Positions 1 to 9,391 of a DNA stretch of 64,000 nt are shown here, one piece after another. The notes under the pieces are model-generated. The model searched no databases. It was given only the letters and a program-made list of their open reading frames with translations, and was not told the origin of the DNA. The stretch's first letter is position 1; the number at the start of each line of letters is the position of its first letter. This DNA is from a virus. Taxonomy: Duplodnaviria; Caudoviricetes. The DNA lies in IMG/VR virus record IMGVR_UViG_3300038443_002533, positions 128,001 through 192,000 of that record; one strand, 5' to 3'. The translations under genes and the position numbers were made by a program.

Positions 1-126
1 CAGTGTACGTGCAGTCGGTACGGCGAATAACCAACCGGCGGTTACTGTCAACAGTAACTCGTTCAAGGTCATCAACTACAAGGGTAACTTCAAAGTCCCC
101 CTGTCGTGGTAATTGAATGACATAGG

Positions 127-160
127 CTCCTCTACCCTTCGGGGTAGGGGAGTTTATGCT
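127..160 (+). terminator. GC-rich hairpin followed by TTTATGC (hairpin-TATG module)
   Basis: CTCCTCTACCC-TTCG-GGGTAGGGGAG then TTTATGCT. The same module recurs at >=15 intergenic sites. Confidence 0.7.
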
Positions 161-404
161 GTCTGTTGTAAAGTCGAGTCCTAAGGGACTCTCTTCTCTT
201 GTCTTATGAATTCCAGAGAGATCAGAGAAGCTGAGTAGTAGAGGAGTATAAGGAAGTGAGCTAGTAGCATTATGCTACTAGCTATTATAGAGAGCAAAAG
301 GGGGTATGGGGAATGGGGGATGGAAGGGTACGCAAGCGAAACCTCTACCAGCCGTAAGGCCAGTAGCGAGTATTTCACTCAATGGATGAATGGCGCTAGA
401 TAAA

Positions 405-420
405 TTTAAACACATATTAC
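405..420 (+). promoter_or_regulatory. phiKZ-type early promoter-like motif
   Basis: TTTAAA-CA-CATATTAC just upstream of ORF 425; matches the phiKZ early consensus TATATTAC with upstream TTTaA. Confidence 0.55.
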
Positions 421-424
421 CAGT

Positions 425-985
425 ATGTGCTGGGGAATAGAAGCACTTAACAGACAACTAACAACAACGGAGTTAATGATGCTGAGCAAAGAAGACGAGA
501 AGAAGTATCTGAAACAGATGCAAGACGGCATGTATCTGGCTCTGGAAGCTGCGCACTATCTCGGTGGTCGGATGGAAATCAACTACTTGCCAAAAGTGGA
601 ATACAAACCCAAAGCAGGTGACAAGAATTTCCCGAAGGGAAGCAACATCAATGAGCGGATCGTCGAAGCGGAAAAAGCGATTGAGATCTACAAGGCGATG
701 TTGGACGGCAAGACCGCTAAAGAACTTAAGGAGTTGTTCAATCTGAAAAGCAGTTATGTACCGCAATATTATCATCCGGTCCAGATTGCAGTTCAGATTG
801 AACTGCTCAAGAAGCGTTATGACAACGCCCCTTATCAACCACGTGTCGTTGACCCAAAAACACGGCAACGTTACTATGATGATAGTGTACATCAGCTGCG
901 CCGACACAAAGACTTCCTGCTGAAAGTCATCGCTAATGCGAATAAAGACCGGTTTATGGCTGTCGTCTTGAAATACATCTATTAA
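425..985 (+). CDS. hypothetical phage protein
   Basis: 186-aa ORF after the promoter-like motif; true start may be a downstream ATG. Confidence 0.7.
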   Translation: MCWGIEALNRQLTTTELMMLSKEDEKKYLKQMQDGMYLALEAAHYLGGRMEINYLPKVEYKPKAGDKNFPKGSNINERIVEAEKAIEIYKAMLDGKTAKELKELFNLKSSYVPQYYHPVQIAVQIELLKKRYDNAPYQPRVVDPKTRQRYYDDSVHQLRRHKDFLLKVIANANKDRFMAVVLKYIY

Positions 986-994
986 GGAATTGCC

Positions 995-1183
995 ATGAGC
1001 GTCATGCGTAGTCATGTATTACAAGCCAAAGATAGTCTACGGCAAGCCACCACCCTCGTGGACAATCTGGAGCAAGACAATCCCGAACTACAAGAACTCA
1101 AGAACGCCGCTAAGCAAGCCTCGCAAGCCGCGGAAGTCTTGAACCGTCTGGTTGGCACGCGAATGGCCACATCCGCCAAGTAG
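995..1183 (+). CDS. small hypothetical protein
   Basis: SD AAGGA upstream; helical/coiled sequence. Confidence 0.6.
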   Translation: MSVMRSHVLQAKDSLRQATTLVDNLEQDNPELQELKNAAKQASQAAEVLNRLVGTRMATSAK

Positions 1184-1258
1184 TTTCCAGAAGTAAAAAT
1201 ACTGTCGTGGCTTCTTCTATAGCGCGATCCCCGTGTCTCTTGATAACCAACAATAATC

Positions 1259-1648
1259 ATGAAGAACTTAACCCGTGATGTCATCGTTTTTATCCGTACT
1301 GACGGCAGCCGTGCCACACTCCCGCCGTGTGAACACCCGCCGGTGGTGGAAATCGTAGAAGCGGAACCGATCGGTTATTTGGGTCCGCTGGAAATCGTCC
1401 GACAACCCCACCGCCGGGTGATCTTTCCGAACTGGCAAGATGATCCGAAAGGTGGCCCGTATGTGGTCTCGAAAGAGATCTTCGATCTGTTGCCGTGTGG
1501 GGCAATTGAATTCGTGACGCCAGATTACCACACCGCCATCATGAATGGCTTCAAGCAACCGCATCTGGTGCGCCGTTTCATCGTCAAGCCTGTCGCTGAA
1601 ACCATGATCGTCAAACAGTCCGCCGTGGCTGAGCTGCAACCTGAATAA
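1259..1648 (+). CDS. conserved hypothetical phage protein (NLT..LPP..YVVS family)
   Basis: MKNLT start and PYVVS motif resemble a widespread small phage family of unknown function. Confidence 0.65.
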   Translation: MKNLTRDVIVFIRTDGSRATLPPCEHPPVVEIVEAEPIGYLGPLEIVRQPHRRVIFPNWQDDPKGGPYVVSKEIFDLLPCGAIEFVTPDYHTAIMNGFKQPHLVRRFIVKPVAETMIVKQSAVAELQPE

Positions 1649-1682
1649 CCAACAACATCTTTCACATAAGGAAAACCCCATC

Positions 1683-2096
1683 ATGTTTAAATTCGGTAAA
1701 AAGAACAAGACCACTATCACCGCCAAGGTCCTGTTCCACAAAGAATCCAACGAGTTGCCGGAGCATGGCTCGGTCTACGTCGACCACGTCCAGAACCGCC
1801 TGAAGAACGAACCGGTGCGTTTCTCGTTCGTCGGCATCGAACCCCCCAAACTCACCCCGGAAGTCATCGCCCACATCTGGGACCAGGCTGAACGTCAGGG
1901 CTACACCGTGTACAGCCTGCGCAGCTACGCCGACGTTCTGAACGTGACGCCGGCCCCAGTGTTGCGTTCCAAAGACGACGAACCGAAGCCTGTGATCAAG
2001 CCGCGTCCGTGGGCCGATCAGAGCCAACCGCGCGTGCCGGTCTCCCGTACCCTGCGTCGTCCGAGCGAGAATCATGCGACTGCTGCGTCGAAGTGA
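1683..2096 (+). CDS. hypothetical protein
   Basis: SD AAGGA; codon usage like the other + strand genes. Confidence 0.7.
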   Translation: MFKFGKKNKTTITAKVLFHKESNELPEHGSVYVDHVQNRLKNEPVRFSFVGIEPPKLTPEVIAHIWDQAERQGYTVYSLRSYADVLNVTPAPVLRSKDDEPKPVIKPRPWADQSQPRVPVSRTLRRPSENHATAASK

Positions 2097-2421
2097 TCCG
2101 TTCAAGCAGGCGTTGAAAGCAACGATCCGCGTCGCCATGAATCCTGATCTGCCCCAAGCCATGCGCCACGGTACGGTCACGTTTAAGGTCGACGGATTCG
2201 GGGAATTGAAGCGGGACTTCCTGGTCGATGATCTGCTGCTGCTCCAGCAACAACCGAAGAAGCTGGCCCCAGTCGTCGCCCGCCAAATCATGCTGCTGGA
2301 TAAAACCCTGCCGAAGCGTGAAGCGATTTGTTCGCCCACTCGCATCGATATCGTCGGACCGGGTCGCCGCTTGGTGTACGATCTCCCTACGTTTAACGTG
2401 GTGTTGGATCAAGCCCTGTGA
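2074..2421 (+). CDS. hypothetical protein
   Basis: Overlaps the previous stop; followed by a hairpin. Confidence 0.6.
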   Translation: MRLLRRSDPFKQALKATIRVAMNPDLPQAMRHGTVTFKVDGFGELKRDFLVDDLLLLQQQPKKLAPVVARQIMLLDKTLPKREAICSPTRIDIVGPGRRLVYDLPTFNVVLDQAL

Positions 2422-2489
2422 GCATAGCCTCTCCTGCTCTCGATGAGAGCAGGAGAGTTACTTTCTATTCTTTTTTTGCCCAGTAAAAC

Positions 2490-3143
2490 ATGTCGAATAC
2501 TAAAGGTAAGTTTATTACCATCGAGGGAGTGGATGGTAGCGGGAAGACCACCAACATTGGGATATTGGCCGAACACCTACGTTCCCGCGGTTATAAAGTC
2601 ATCACCACCCGCGAACCCGGCGGTAGCGACGTCGCGGAAAAGATTCGCGATATGCTGCTCCATGACAAGATGGATGCTGTTACGGAACTGATGCTGTTTT
2701 TGGCCGCCCGTAACGAACACGTACAAAAGAAAGTCATCCCGCATCTGGAGCAAGGTTATATCGTACTCAGCGACCGGTTCCATGATTCAACATGGGCCTA
2801 TCAAGGCTATGGTCGTGGTATGTCGGACGAATTAGAAGAATTCGGTAAATTCGTGTACGGCGGACTCTTGCCGGATATCACGTTGTTCTTCGATATGCCG
2901 TTCGAAGAAGCTACGCGCCGGCTGAAGCTGCGTACAGATAAGAGTGATCGCTTCGATCAAGAAGTGGAAGCGTTTCGTAGACGGGTTTATGAAGGTTACC
3001 AAAAGCGATTAGGTGGCACCCGCCCGCAAGACCATGTGGTAGGTGGCCGCATTATCCACCGCATCAACGCCCTGCCGGAACCTGAAGTGGTGGCCGACAG
3101 CGTGTGTGCGTGGGCGAATGCCAACTTCGAAAACCTCACCTAA
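2490..3143 (+). CDS. tmk: thymidylate (dTMP) kinase
   Basis: FITIEGVDGSGKTT P-loop, TREPGG, SDRF motifs. Confidence 0.95.
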   Translation: MSNTKGKFITIEGVDGSGKTTNIGILAEHLRSRGYKVITTREPGGSDVAEKIRDMLLHDKMDAVTELMLFLAARNEHVQKKVIPHLEQGYIVLSDRFHDSTWAYQGYGRGMSDELEEFGKFVYGGLLPDITLFFDMPFEEATRRLKLRTDKSDRFDQEVEAFRRRVYEGYQKRLGGTRPQDHVVGGRIIHRINALPEPEVVADSVCAWANANFENLT

Positions 3144-3199
3144 ATAACTTGAAGCAAATGCGCGCCAAGAATACCCTCAAACCCAAATTCTAAATCCCC

Positions 3200-3487
3200 A
3201 TGTCTAACATCCGTCTCGGCAACAAAACCTACCGCAACGTCGAACAGTTCCCACTCGACGATATCGCGAAGCTCCTCGATGAAGTGAACGCCGAACTGGC
3301 CAAACTGACGGTGCGCGTGAATGAACAACTCGACCGCGGCCACGCCATCAAACCGAAAGACTGGGCGGCGCGTAAACGCCTCGACCAGTACGGGTATTTC
3401 CTGACCCAGCTCGCTCGGGAAGTGATGCTCAAGAACACCCCGCGCACGATCCTCAAACCGCTGGCGCGTTTCGTGAAACACTTGTAA
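3200..3487 (+). CDS. hypothetical protein, paralog A (MSNIRxGxKTYR family)
   Basis: N-terminus nearly identical to ORF 3498. Confidence 0.75.
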   Translation: MSNIRLGNKTYRNVEQFPLDDIAKLLDEVNAELAKLTVRVNEQLDRGHAIKPKDWAARKRLDQYGYFLTQLAREVMLKNTPRTILKPLARFVKHL

Positions 3488-3497
3488 GGCGATCACC

Positions 3498-3770
3498 ATG
3501 TCGAATATTCGTATTGGCGGGAAGACCTACCGCGACGTTGAAAAGATGTCGTTGGATGAATTGCGGCAAGTGGCGCAAGCGATGTTCAAAAGGTCGACTG
3601 TTCTGCAAAAGACAACCGAGGCCACTGTGTTTAATAAGGGCAGTATGCATCGGGGATCGGCCGTGATCGCAGAAATCCAAGCCCTGGAAAAGCGTTCCAA
3701 GTTAATCGATCACCTGATGAAACAAAGGGAAGCCGATGAACAAACCGCTCAGGCTCCTTCAGGAGCATAA
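3498..3770 (+). CDS. hypothetical protein, paralog B (MSNIRxGxKTYR family)
   Basis: MSNIRIGGKTYRDVE vs MSNIRLGNKTYRNVE. Confidence 0.75.
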   Translation: MSNIRIGGKTYRDVEKMSLDELRQVAQAMFKRSTVLQKTTEATVFNKGSMHRGSAVIAEIQALEKRSKLIDHLMKQREADEQTAQAPSGA

Positions 3771-4180
3771 CTGTACCGGTAGTTGCCTTCGAGAAGTCAT
3801 TGAAGGCGACGTGTGTCATCATGGTACATGTGAGTTTAATATTCACGATCCGATCAACCAACAGCTCAAGGAAGAATTATGTCAGTCGCTTGGCGTCCCC
3901 CAAGTGGAGACAATGCAGCCCATCTGGCCACCTGCGGCACCGCCGCTGAAGACGCTGCTACCGCGCACCCCAACGCAGCACATCCGGTCGAAACCACCGG
4001 TGCCCGTCTCATCGTTACCCACGTCCCCGAACCGTGCGCGACTGGCCAAGTGGGTACGGTCGAAGAAAAAGAAGATCCGTCCGAAATGACGGTTCACTAC
4101 TACCACGATACGTTCGTGGTCGCATGTGTCTCGATCATCATCGTGCTCGGTATCGTAGTGTTCGGTTACGTCATTAACCA

Positions 4181-4444
4181 GTGGAATGGAACCCGATAGG
4201 AGGTAGTATGGTCATGCCCGTCACAGTCTGGAACCAAGGTACACTGACCGGTAACAAACGGGTGCGGAAAGGTTGGTTCGGTAAAATCATCTTGCAAGTC
4301 GAAATCGAACAAATCAAGTTCCACCCTGGATTGGGCGAAGCCATAAGGTCGGGTAATTTACTCAACACTCGCCGAATCTGGCGGGACGCTACCGCTGCCG
4401 ATGTGGGTTTGGAAACCGTACCCCTGTCACTCACAACCAACTAA
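4181..4444 (+). CDS. hypothetical protein
   Basis: 87-aa ORF directly before thyA. Confidence 0.55.
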   Translation: MEWNPIGGSMVMPVTVWNQGTLTGNKRVRKGWFGKIILQVEIEQIKFHPGLGEAIRSGNLLNTRRIWRDATAADVGLETVPLSLTTN

Positions 4445-4464
4445 TCAACAATAAGGAAACGACA

Positions 4465-5541
4465 ATGCAGCAACCCGATCAATACAAGGCGCTCTTACAA
4501 CGTGTCATGGTGCCGGAAAACCTGCGCCCTAACCGCACCGGTGTCGACGCTTATAAGACCAGCGGTGAATTCATGGTGTTCCCGGATGTCTCAAAAGCGT
4601 TCCCGGCCACTACTCTCAAGAAGCTGGCGTTCATGCCAGTCAAAGGTGAATCGTGTGGTTTCCTGCGCGCTTTGACCAACGCTGCTGACTTCCGTGCCCT
4701 GAACTGCAAAGTGTGGGATCAGAATGCCAACGAACACGGCGTTACGCCGAACGCCTGGCTGTCCAATCCGTTCCGTCTGGGAACCGATGATGTCGGCCCG
4801 GTCTATGGAAAACAATGGCGGGAATGGGACGGTTACAAAGTCCTACCCAATCCGACTAACCGGGAAGAGATCGAGCGTCACAGTGCGATCGTGCAAAAGA
4901 TCAAGGCCGATGGTTGGGCGCTGATCGGACACACTTTCCACGCCGAAGACGGCATTCATGAAGAAGGTTCGATCTCGGGCGAAGTCTGGCACAAGTCGAT
5001 CGACCAGTTAGGCGACTGCGTGCGCCAGATCATCAAAAACCCGGACAGCCGTCGAATTCTGTACCATGGCTGGAATCCAGCGGTGCTGGACCAAGTCGCT
5101 CTGCCGGCTTGCCACTTGCTGTACCAGTTCCTGCCCGACAGCCACACTAAGGAACTGAACATGGTGTTGTACATCCGCAGCAATGATCTCGGTCTCGGGG
5201 CGCCGTTCAACATGGCGGAAGCGGCTCTGTTCATGCACATCGTCGGTCATTTGACCGGTTACAAACCAAAGAAGCTGTCGTACTTCATCGGCGACGCTCA
5301 CGTCTACGTCAACCAGGTCGAATATCTGACCGAACTGCTTTCGAACGAAGCGAAAGAATCACCCGTCCTGAGCATCAGTACACGGGTGCCAAGTTACAGT
5401 GAACTTATTGATCGCGTGGGTGAAAGCAATGCTACGGAAGAAGCGGTCAAGTGGCTGAAGCTAGTGGAGCCGGATGATTTCAAACTCGAAGGTTACGACC
5501 CACACATCCTGTCCACTCCAGTGCCGCAGATGGTCGTTTAA
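4465..5541 (+). CDS. thyA: thymidylate synthase (ThyA type, with insertion)
   Basis: GPVYGKQWR, SRR, LPACH catalytic Cys, YIRSND, PFN, GDAHVY. Confidence 0.95.
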   Translation: MQQPDQYKALLQRVMVPENLRPNRTGVDAYKTSGEFMVFPDVSKAFPATTLKKLAFMPVKGESCGFLRALTNAADFRALNCKVWDQNANEHGVTPNAWLSNPFRLGTDDVGPVYGKQWREWDGYKVLPNPTNREEIERHSAIVQKIKADGWALIGHTFHAEDGIHEEGSISGEVWHKSIDQLGDCVRQIIKNPDSRRILYHGWNPAVLDQVALPACHLLYQFLPDSHTKELNMVLYIRSNDLGLGAPFNMAEAALFMHIVGHLTGYKPKKLSYFIGDAHVYVNQVEYLTELLSNEAKESPVLSISTRVPSYSELIDRVGESNATEEAVKWLKLVEPDDFKLEGYDPHILSTPVPQMVV

Positions 5542-5551
5542 GGAGACAACC

Positions 5552-5767
5552 ATGAACGGTAAAGGTGTGTCGATTGGAATGGCTATGATTATGGCACTCA
5601 GTGTTCCTATTACGCTGATCGTCTCTCATAACCGCGACCAACGCATCGGCAAGTACCTCGCGGAGCATCACTGTAGCCGTATTCGCGAGAATGGTTTCGA
5701 TCCCATGTACGCATGCGGTGATATCGAGATAACGGAAAGCGATATTCTCAAAATCACCACGAACTAA
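5552..5767 (+). CDS. small single-TM protein, HxC/YxC family copy 1
   Basis: Hydrophobic N-terminus, then YLAEHHC...MYACG. Confidence 0.75.
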   Translation: MNGKGVSIGMAMIMALSVPITLIVSHNRDQRIGKYLAEHHCSRIRENGFDPMYACGDIEITESDILKITTN

Positions 5768-5776
5768 TAAGAAAGG

Positions 5777-6079
5777 ATGGGTATGAACTTGAAAGACACA
5801 TACGACCCCGCGGTTGCATTTCGTCGCGATATCGACAACGCCAACGAAAACTCGATCGCCATGGTGGTGATGGTGCTCATTCTGGCGGGGATGGTGGCGC
5901 TGCTGCACTGGTCGAAACAGAAAGGCGAGGAAAACGATCAGAAAATCCTCGCTTATATCAACGCCCACCAGTGCCAGGTCGAGAATCTGACGCCGGGTCA
6001 CCGCGGAGCACGTGCGGTGTATCACTGCACGGAAGGGCAGTTGCTCGACGTCGAGTTGCGTAAGGAAGCCTTGAAATGA
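5777..6079 (+). CDS. small single-TM protein, HxC/YxC family copy 2
   Basis: TM segment, then YINAHQC...VYHCTEG. Confidence 0.75.
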   Translation: MGMNLKDTYDPAVAFRRDIDNANENSIAMVVMVLILAGMVALLHWSKQKGEENDQKILAYINAHQCQVENLTPGHRGARAVYHCTEGQLLDVELRKEALK

Positions 6080-6327
6080 AGGTGATCCGCCAATGGTGGT
6101 ACGAATACCGTGATCTGGTGATTCAATGGATCATCATCGCGGTGTTCGGGGCGGTGGTGTTGGGGTTTTACCAATACCACGTGGAACAAGACCGACCGCT
6201 GGTTGCGTATCTGAACCGTCACAAGTGTCAGGAACTCGGCCGGGTTGGCCAACCTGCTCAATCCGTTTACCAGTGCGACAACGGTTTGCATCTGGAAAAC
6301 GACTTACGCAAGGAAACCGGAACATGA
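6076..6327 (+). CDS. small single-TM protein, HxC/YxC family copy 3
   Basis: TM segment, then YLNRHKC...VYQCDNG; ATGA overlap. Confidence 0.75.
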   Translation: MKVIRQWWYEYRDLVIQWIIIAVFGAVVLGFYQYHVEQDRPLVAYLNRHKCQELGRVGQPAQSVYQCDNGLHLENDLRKETGT

Positions 6328-6575
6328 TCAAGTGGTATAAATCCCTTAGTGAAGGTCGGAGGATTCTGGTGTTATGGGTCGGCATCGTGGTGATGGGTAA
6401 TTTCAACTGGCTGCTTTACGAATTAACCAGTGAGAGAAAAGCCAAAGTGTCGACTTACATCGCTGAGCACAAATGCAAGATCGTTAGCTATGCGGGGCGT
6501 GACGCTGAACCGGTGTACCAGTGTAACACGGGTCTGTTGATCCACAACCTTTTGGTAGACGAGGCACTGCGATGA
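6324..6575 (+). CDS. small single-TM protein, HxC/YxC family copy 4
   Basis: Start at ATG 6324; YIAEHKC...VYQCNTG. Confidence 0.75.
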   Translation: MIKWYKSLSEGRRILVLWVGIVVMGNFNWLLYELTSERKAKVSTYIAEHKCKIVSYAGRDAEPVYQCNTGLLIHNLLVDEALR

Positions 6576-6877
6576 ATATCGTAAAACTGAAGAAGGCGTG
6601 GCTGGATGTTTCGTGGACACCCGCCAGTATCGCGTCCGCACTATTTATCCTGGTGTGGGTGGCGGGGTTTATCCTGCTGATGTTAAATCGAGCGCCCACG
6701 AAAGTGGCGCAGCCAGTCGATCAACAAAAGTTCTGGCATTACATCGAACAACACAGCTGCCGTCGGGTGATCTGGATCACGGTCTGGTTCAAGAACGATC
6801 CACGCTATAATTGCGATAACGGTTGGTGGCGTGAAGAAGAATTGATCGAAGTCGCCAATAGCCGTTACCCACACTAA
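6572..6877 (+). CDS. small single-TM protein, HxC/YxC family copy 5
   Basis: YIEQHSC...RYNCDNG; ATGA overlap. Confidence 0.75.
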   Translation: MNIVKLKKAWLDVSWTPASIASALFILVWVAGFILLMLNRAPTKVAQPVDQQKFWHYIEQHSCRRVIWITVWFKNDPRYNCDNGWWREEELIEVANSRYPH

Positions 6878-6905
6878 GTCACCATTTTTAAACTAGGGAA
6901 TTATA

Positions 6906-7976
6906 ATGCAGTTGAATTTTGATGAAGAGTCGACTCCGGTCGCAGCAATCGACCAGAACGTCGATACCTCCCAACGCGTCAATGCATCGGACAAGCGCAT
7001 GATCAATGCTCTGACCGACGTGAACCAGCTGGTGCCGTTCAAGTACAAGTGGGCGTGGCAGATGTACAACGACAGCTGCGCCAACCACTGGATGCCGCAA
7101 GAATACAAGATGGACACGGACATTCAGCAAATGGCGTCGGGTCAAATCACCGCCGGTGAACGTGCCCGTATCGAGCGTACGGTCAGCGCGCTGGTGCGTA
7201 CGGTGGGCGGTGCTGGCGAACTGGCCATGCACATCTACCGCCACATCACAGCGCCGGAAGCGCGCCAGTACATCCTGCGCCAAGGCTTCGAAGAAGCACT
7301 GGTTCCGCACGCCTACGCCCACATCGTCGAGAAACTCAAGCTGGATGAAAATGTGTTGCTCGATCCGGCCACCCAGCCGGACACGTTCCATGACAAGCAA
7401 CGCTACATGGAACCCACGATCAAGCTCCTGACCGATCCGCTGTTCCGGACGGATTCGACGGAAAACATCCAAGCTTTCATTCGTGAACTCGTCAAGTACA
7501 CGTGCGTCATGAAAGGCATGTTCTCGATCGTTGACTTTACGCGCATGCTGGCCCTCGGCCAGCAGAACAAGATGCCGGATCTGGTCCAGCAATTCTCGCT
7601 GATGTTACGCGACCAACAAGCCCAGATCGAATTCGGTCTGGAAGTCATTCAGGCGATTCGTAACGAGAACACCCATGTTTGGACCGTGGAACTCGTGAAC
7701 GAAATCAAGGCGATCTTCAAGGAAGCGCTGGCGTGGGAAGTGGCACACGCTATCCGCACGGCTCGTCCGGAAGACGCGGAACAGGGTCAGCAGTTCAGCC
7801 ATCTGCTGCAACTGGTGGCCAACCGCATGGCTGGCAAGATCGGGGTCGGGGCGATCTTCCAGCCACAAGCCAATCCGTTCCCGTGGATGGCGCAAGCGCT
7901 CGGCCTGCAAGAGCACAAGCAGATCACGTCGGCGCCAGTCGAGAACAAAGTGTCCACGACGCTGGACTGGGAATAA
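6906..7976 (+). CDS. ribonucleotide reductase beta subunit (NrdB/R2) homolog with degenerate metal site
   Basis: VNQLVPFKYKWAW, NHWMPQE, YRHITAPE, NPFPWM match proteobacterial NrdB. Ligand motifs are altered: EEALVPHAY, MKGMF, RDQQAQ. Confidence 0.9.
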   Translation: MQLNFDEESTPVAAIDQNVDTSQRVNASDKRMINALTDVNQLVPFKYKWAWQMYNDSCANHWMPQEYKMDTDIQQMASGQITAGERARIERTVSALVRTVGGAGELAMHIYRHITAPEARQYILRQGFEEALVPHAYAHIVEKLKLDENVLLDPATQPDTFHDKQRYMEPTIKLLTDPLFRTDSTENIQAFIRELVKYTCVMKGMFSIVDFTRMLALGQQNKMPDLVQQFSLMLRDQQAQIEFGLEVIQAIRNENTHVWTVELVNEIKAIFKEALAWEVAHAIRTARPEDAEQGQQFSHLLQLVANRMAGKIGVGAIFQPQANPFPWMAQALGLQEHKQITSAPVENKVSTTLDWE

Positions 7977-7994
7977 CCAAGAAAAGGATGCAGT

Positions 7995-8258
7995 ATGACG
8001 CAAACACGCTTGGAGTCGTTAATTGAATCGATCGTTAATGTGGTGATTGGTTTTGGGATAAATTACTTCGCGAATTTCGTGATCTTTCCCCATTTCGGGT
8101 TTCATCTTAGCGCCAGTGCAAATCTCGCGATGGGGGCTATCTACACGGTCATCAGCGTAACGCGATCGTATTGCATCCGACGTTGGTTCAACAATCACCT
8201 TAACGCCATGACACGGGCTTTAGCGACATTCATCATCCGAATCCGTTCTAATGCTTAA
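7995..8258 (+). CDS. conserved two-TM phage membrane protein (ES..NV.IG...RSY..RRWFN family)
   Basis: Recognisable widespread phage motif pattern. Confidence 0.75.
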   Translation: MTQTRLESLIESIVNVVIGFGINYFANFVIFPHFGFHLSASANLAMGAIYTVISVTRSYCIRRWFNNHLNAMTRALATFIIRIRSNA

Positions 8259-8294
8259 TGTAATGGTTTTATTAATTACACTGGACTAGGAGTC

Positions 8295-8546
8295 ATGATG
8301 AAAGAAGCAGTCAAATGGTGTCTGTTTTTCGCCTGCGTCGTAGTGATAACGAACCAAGTGTTCGCCGCGCGACCCGCCCAAGCAGGTTCGATTGCGCCAC
8401 CGGTAAGTGAATTCACCTACACCACTTCCGCTGGTCAAAAAATCCACGTGAACTCGTGGACCCGCGGCGCAGTGCAATGTACGGCGTTGTCGACCGATGC
8501 CGCAAGAAGTACCGAAATTCCCCTCGCGATTTCCTGCACACAGTAA
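8295..8546 (+). CDS. secreted/anchored small protein, paralog of 12207
   Basis: Signal-like N-terminus, TNQVFAARPAQA, two Cys. Confidence 0.7.
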   Translation: MMKEAVKWCLFFACVVVITNQVFAARPAQAGSIAPPVSEFTYTTSAGQKIHVNSWTRGAVQCTALSTDAARSTEIPLAISCTQ

Positions 8547-8622
8547 TCCCAGTACCCCCATACGCGAGAGGGGGCAACCCTTCTTCGTATGCCATCATTT
8601 TCTCACCCACCAAGGAAACCAC

Positions 8623-9312
8623 ATGAAAAAGATCTTTGCCCTCTGTCTCGCTCTGTCGCTCGCCGCTTGCGGTAACGACTACCCGCAGCAACCGGTCCAG
8701 TACCAACCGCAAGTCGTCCAGCAAGCCCCGGCCCCGGCCCCGGCCCCGGCCCCGGCCCAGCCGGTCGTGGTCCAGCAAGACAACTCCGGTACGGCCCTCG
8801 TCGCTGGCGCCGCCCTCGGCGCGGTCGCTACCATGGCCCTGACCAACCGTGACTCGGGCGCCCAAGCGCCGGTGCAGCAAAACATCACCCACGTGACCCA
8901 GGTCAACAAGACGGTGATCGTGAACAACAAGACCGTCGCACCCCCGGCCCCGCCGGCCGCGCCTGTCGCATCGGTATCGACGCCTCCTGTGGCCCCGGCA
9001 CCTGCCGCGGTGAACCTGACCAAAGCCCCGGCTGAAACCCCGGCTGCCAAACCGACCTATGCTGTCACCGGTACGGCCAGCCCGACACCGACCATGACTG
9101 CGGCGGCCCTGACGGCACCCAAGACGATCACGATGCCCGCCACCACGTCGGCGCCGTCGAACTACAAGCCGAACAACTATGCCCCGGTGAGCTACAGCAA
9201 ACCGGTCGCGTTGCCCGCTCCCAAGCCTGCGATGGCACCGGCACCGGCGAAGTTGTCGTATTCCGGCCCCAAGCCGCTGGCGATTTCGTATTCGCCTGGC
9301 AAGAAGAAGTGA
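8623..9312 (+). CDS. Pro/Ala/Thr-rich lipoprotein
   Basis: MKKIFALCLALSLAA-C lipobox, (AP)n repeat, SD AAGGA before ATG 8623. Confidence 0.8.
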   Translation: MKKIFALCLALSLAACGNDYPQQPVQYQPQVVQQAPAPAPAPAPAQPVVVQQDNSGTALVAGAALGAVATMALTNRDSGAQAPVQQNITHVTQVNKTVIVNNKTVAPPAPPAAPVASVSTPPVAPAPAAVNLTKAPAETPAAKPTYAVTGTASPTPTMTAAALTAPKTITMPATTSAPSNYKPNNYAPVSYSKPVALPAPKPAMAPAPAKLSYSGPKPLAISYSPGKKK

Positions 9313-9391
9313 AGGTTGCAGTTGAGTAATTTTTAACGAGACTGTGTCATGGTTTGAAGGGAATTGCGCCGCCCTCTAGGAGTTAGGAAAG

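Noticed and set aside
4465-5541. Hypermodified-base synthase (dUMP/dCMP hydroxymethylase)
   Set aside because: Retains the ThyA-specific PFN Asn and standard motifs and co-occurs with folA, tmk and dcd; ordinary dTMP supply.
6906-7976. Class Ie (metal-free, DOPA radical) R2 or normal class Ia/Ic R2
   Set aside because: Both His ligands, the Asp and the tail Tyr are also missing, which does not fit those classes.
8725-8760. GCCCCG tandem repeat as a separate repeat element
   Set aside because: Simply encodes the (Ala-Pro)n linker of the lipoprotein.
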